Origin: Octopus sinensis
Taxonomy: Eukaryota
Reading direction: 5' to 3'
Assembly: GCF_006345805.1 (NCBI RefSeq)
Contig: NC_043021.1
Coordinates: forward strand, 6,076,001-6,140,000
DNA length: 64,000 nucleotides
Under the pieces are notes generated by a model. The model had not been told where the DNA came from. It made no database searches and saw only the letters and a program-made list of their open reading frames with translations. A program made the translations under genes and the position numbers. Positions within the stretch are counted from its first letter, which is position 1, and every line of letters begins with the position of its first letter. Of this stretch, positions 63,771 to 64,000 are shown piece by piece.

Positions 63771-64000
63771 AACCAAAATTATTGCCCCTTCACTTGCTAA
63801 GCACCCAGCCATTTTATTCAGTACTAACGTTGTGTCCTTGAGCAAGACACTTTATTTCACTTTATTGCTCCAGTCCACTCTCCAAGAGCTACATTATGGG
63901 ACTCATGTTTCTGCAGTTAATTTCATAAGCAGGCTGCTCCGTTGATTGGATTAACTGGAACACTCATCATCATAACTGACAAAGTACCAGCTACTCACCA

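Overview
This is AT-rich, repeat-dense eukaryotic DNA, most likely from an octopus (inferred from the tRNA-derived SINE families, RTE LINEs, long microsatellites and multi-kb introns). It contains two spliced genes on the minus strand. The first is a 7-exon NUDT9 (ADP-ribose pyrophosphatase, about 300 aa, coding exons 62199 to 47727) with an intact Nudix box. The second is an unidentified gene with phase-compatible exons at 35349-35361 (tentative start), 17648-18153, 16563-16618, 6966-7058 and 1529-1570. It encodes a Ser/Thr-rich, probably disordered N-terminus that likely continues past position 1, and it has a candidate CCAAT/CRE/RFX X-box promoter near 38.5 kb. Almost all long ORFs in the supplied track are microsatellite artefacts. 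The rest is mobile DNA: several SINE families, LINE remnants (RTE, R4/Dong-like, Jockey/I-like, Penelope-like), mariner remnants, MITEs (hAT, piggyBac-like, Merlin-like), a Helentron-type element and a solo LTR. The most notable observations are two families of degenerate type I hammerhead-ribozyme-like motifs (one as an inverted pair), a Merlin-like MITE carrying (TTAGGG)4, a two-MITE composite inside a single target-site duplication (TSD), a PHD-like finger inside an RTE ORF2, and recurrent head-to-tail SINE dimers. No database searches were run; family names come from motif recognition.
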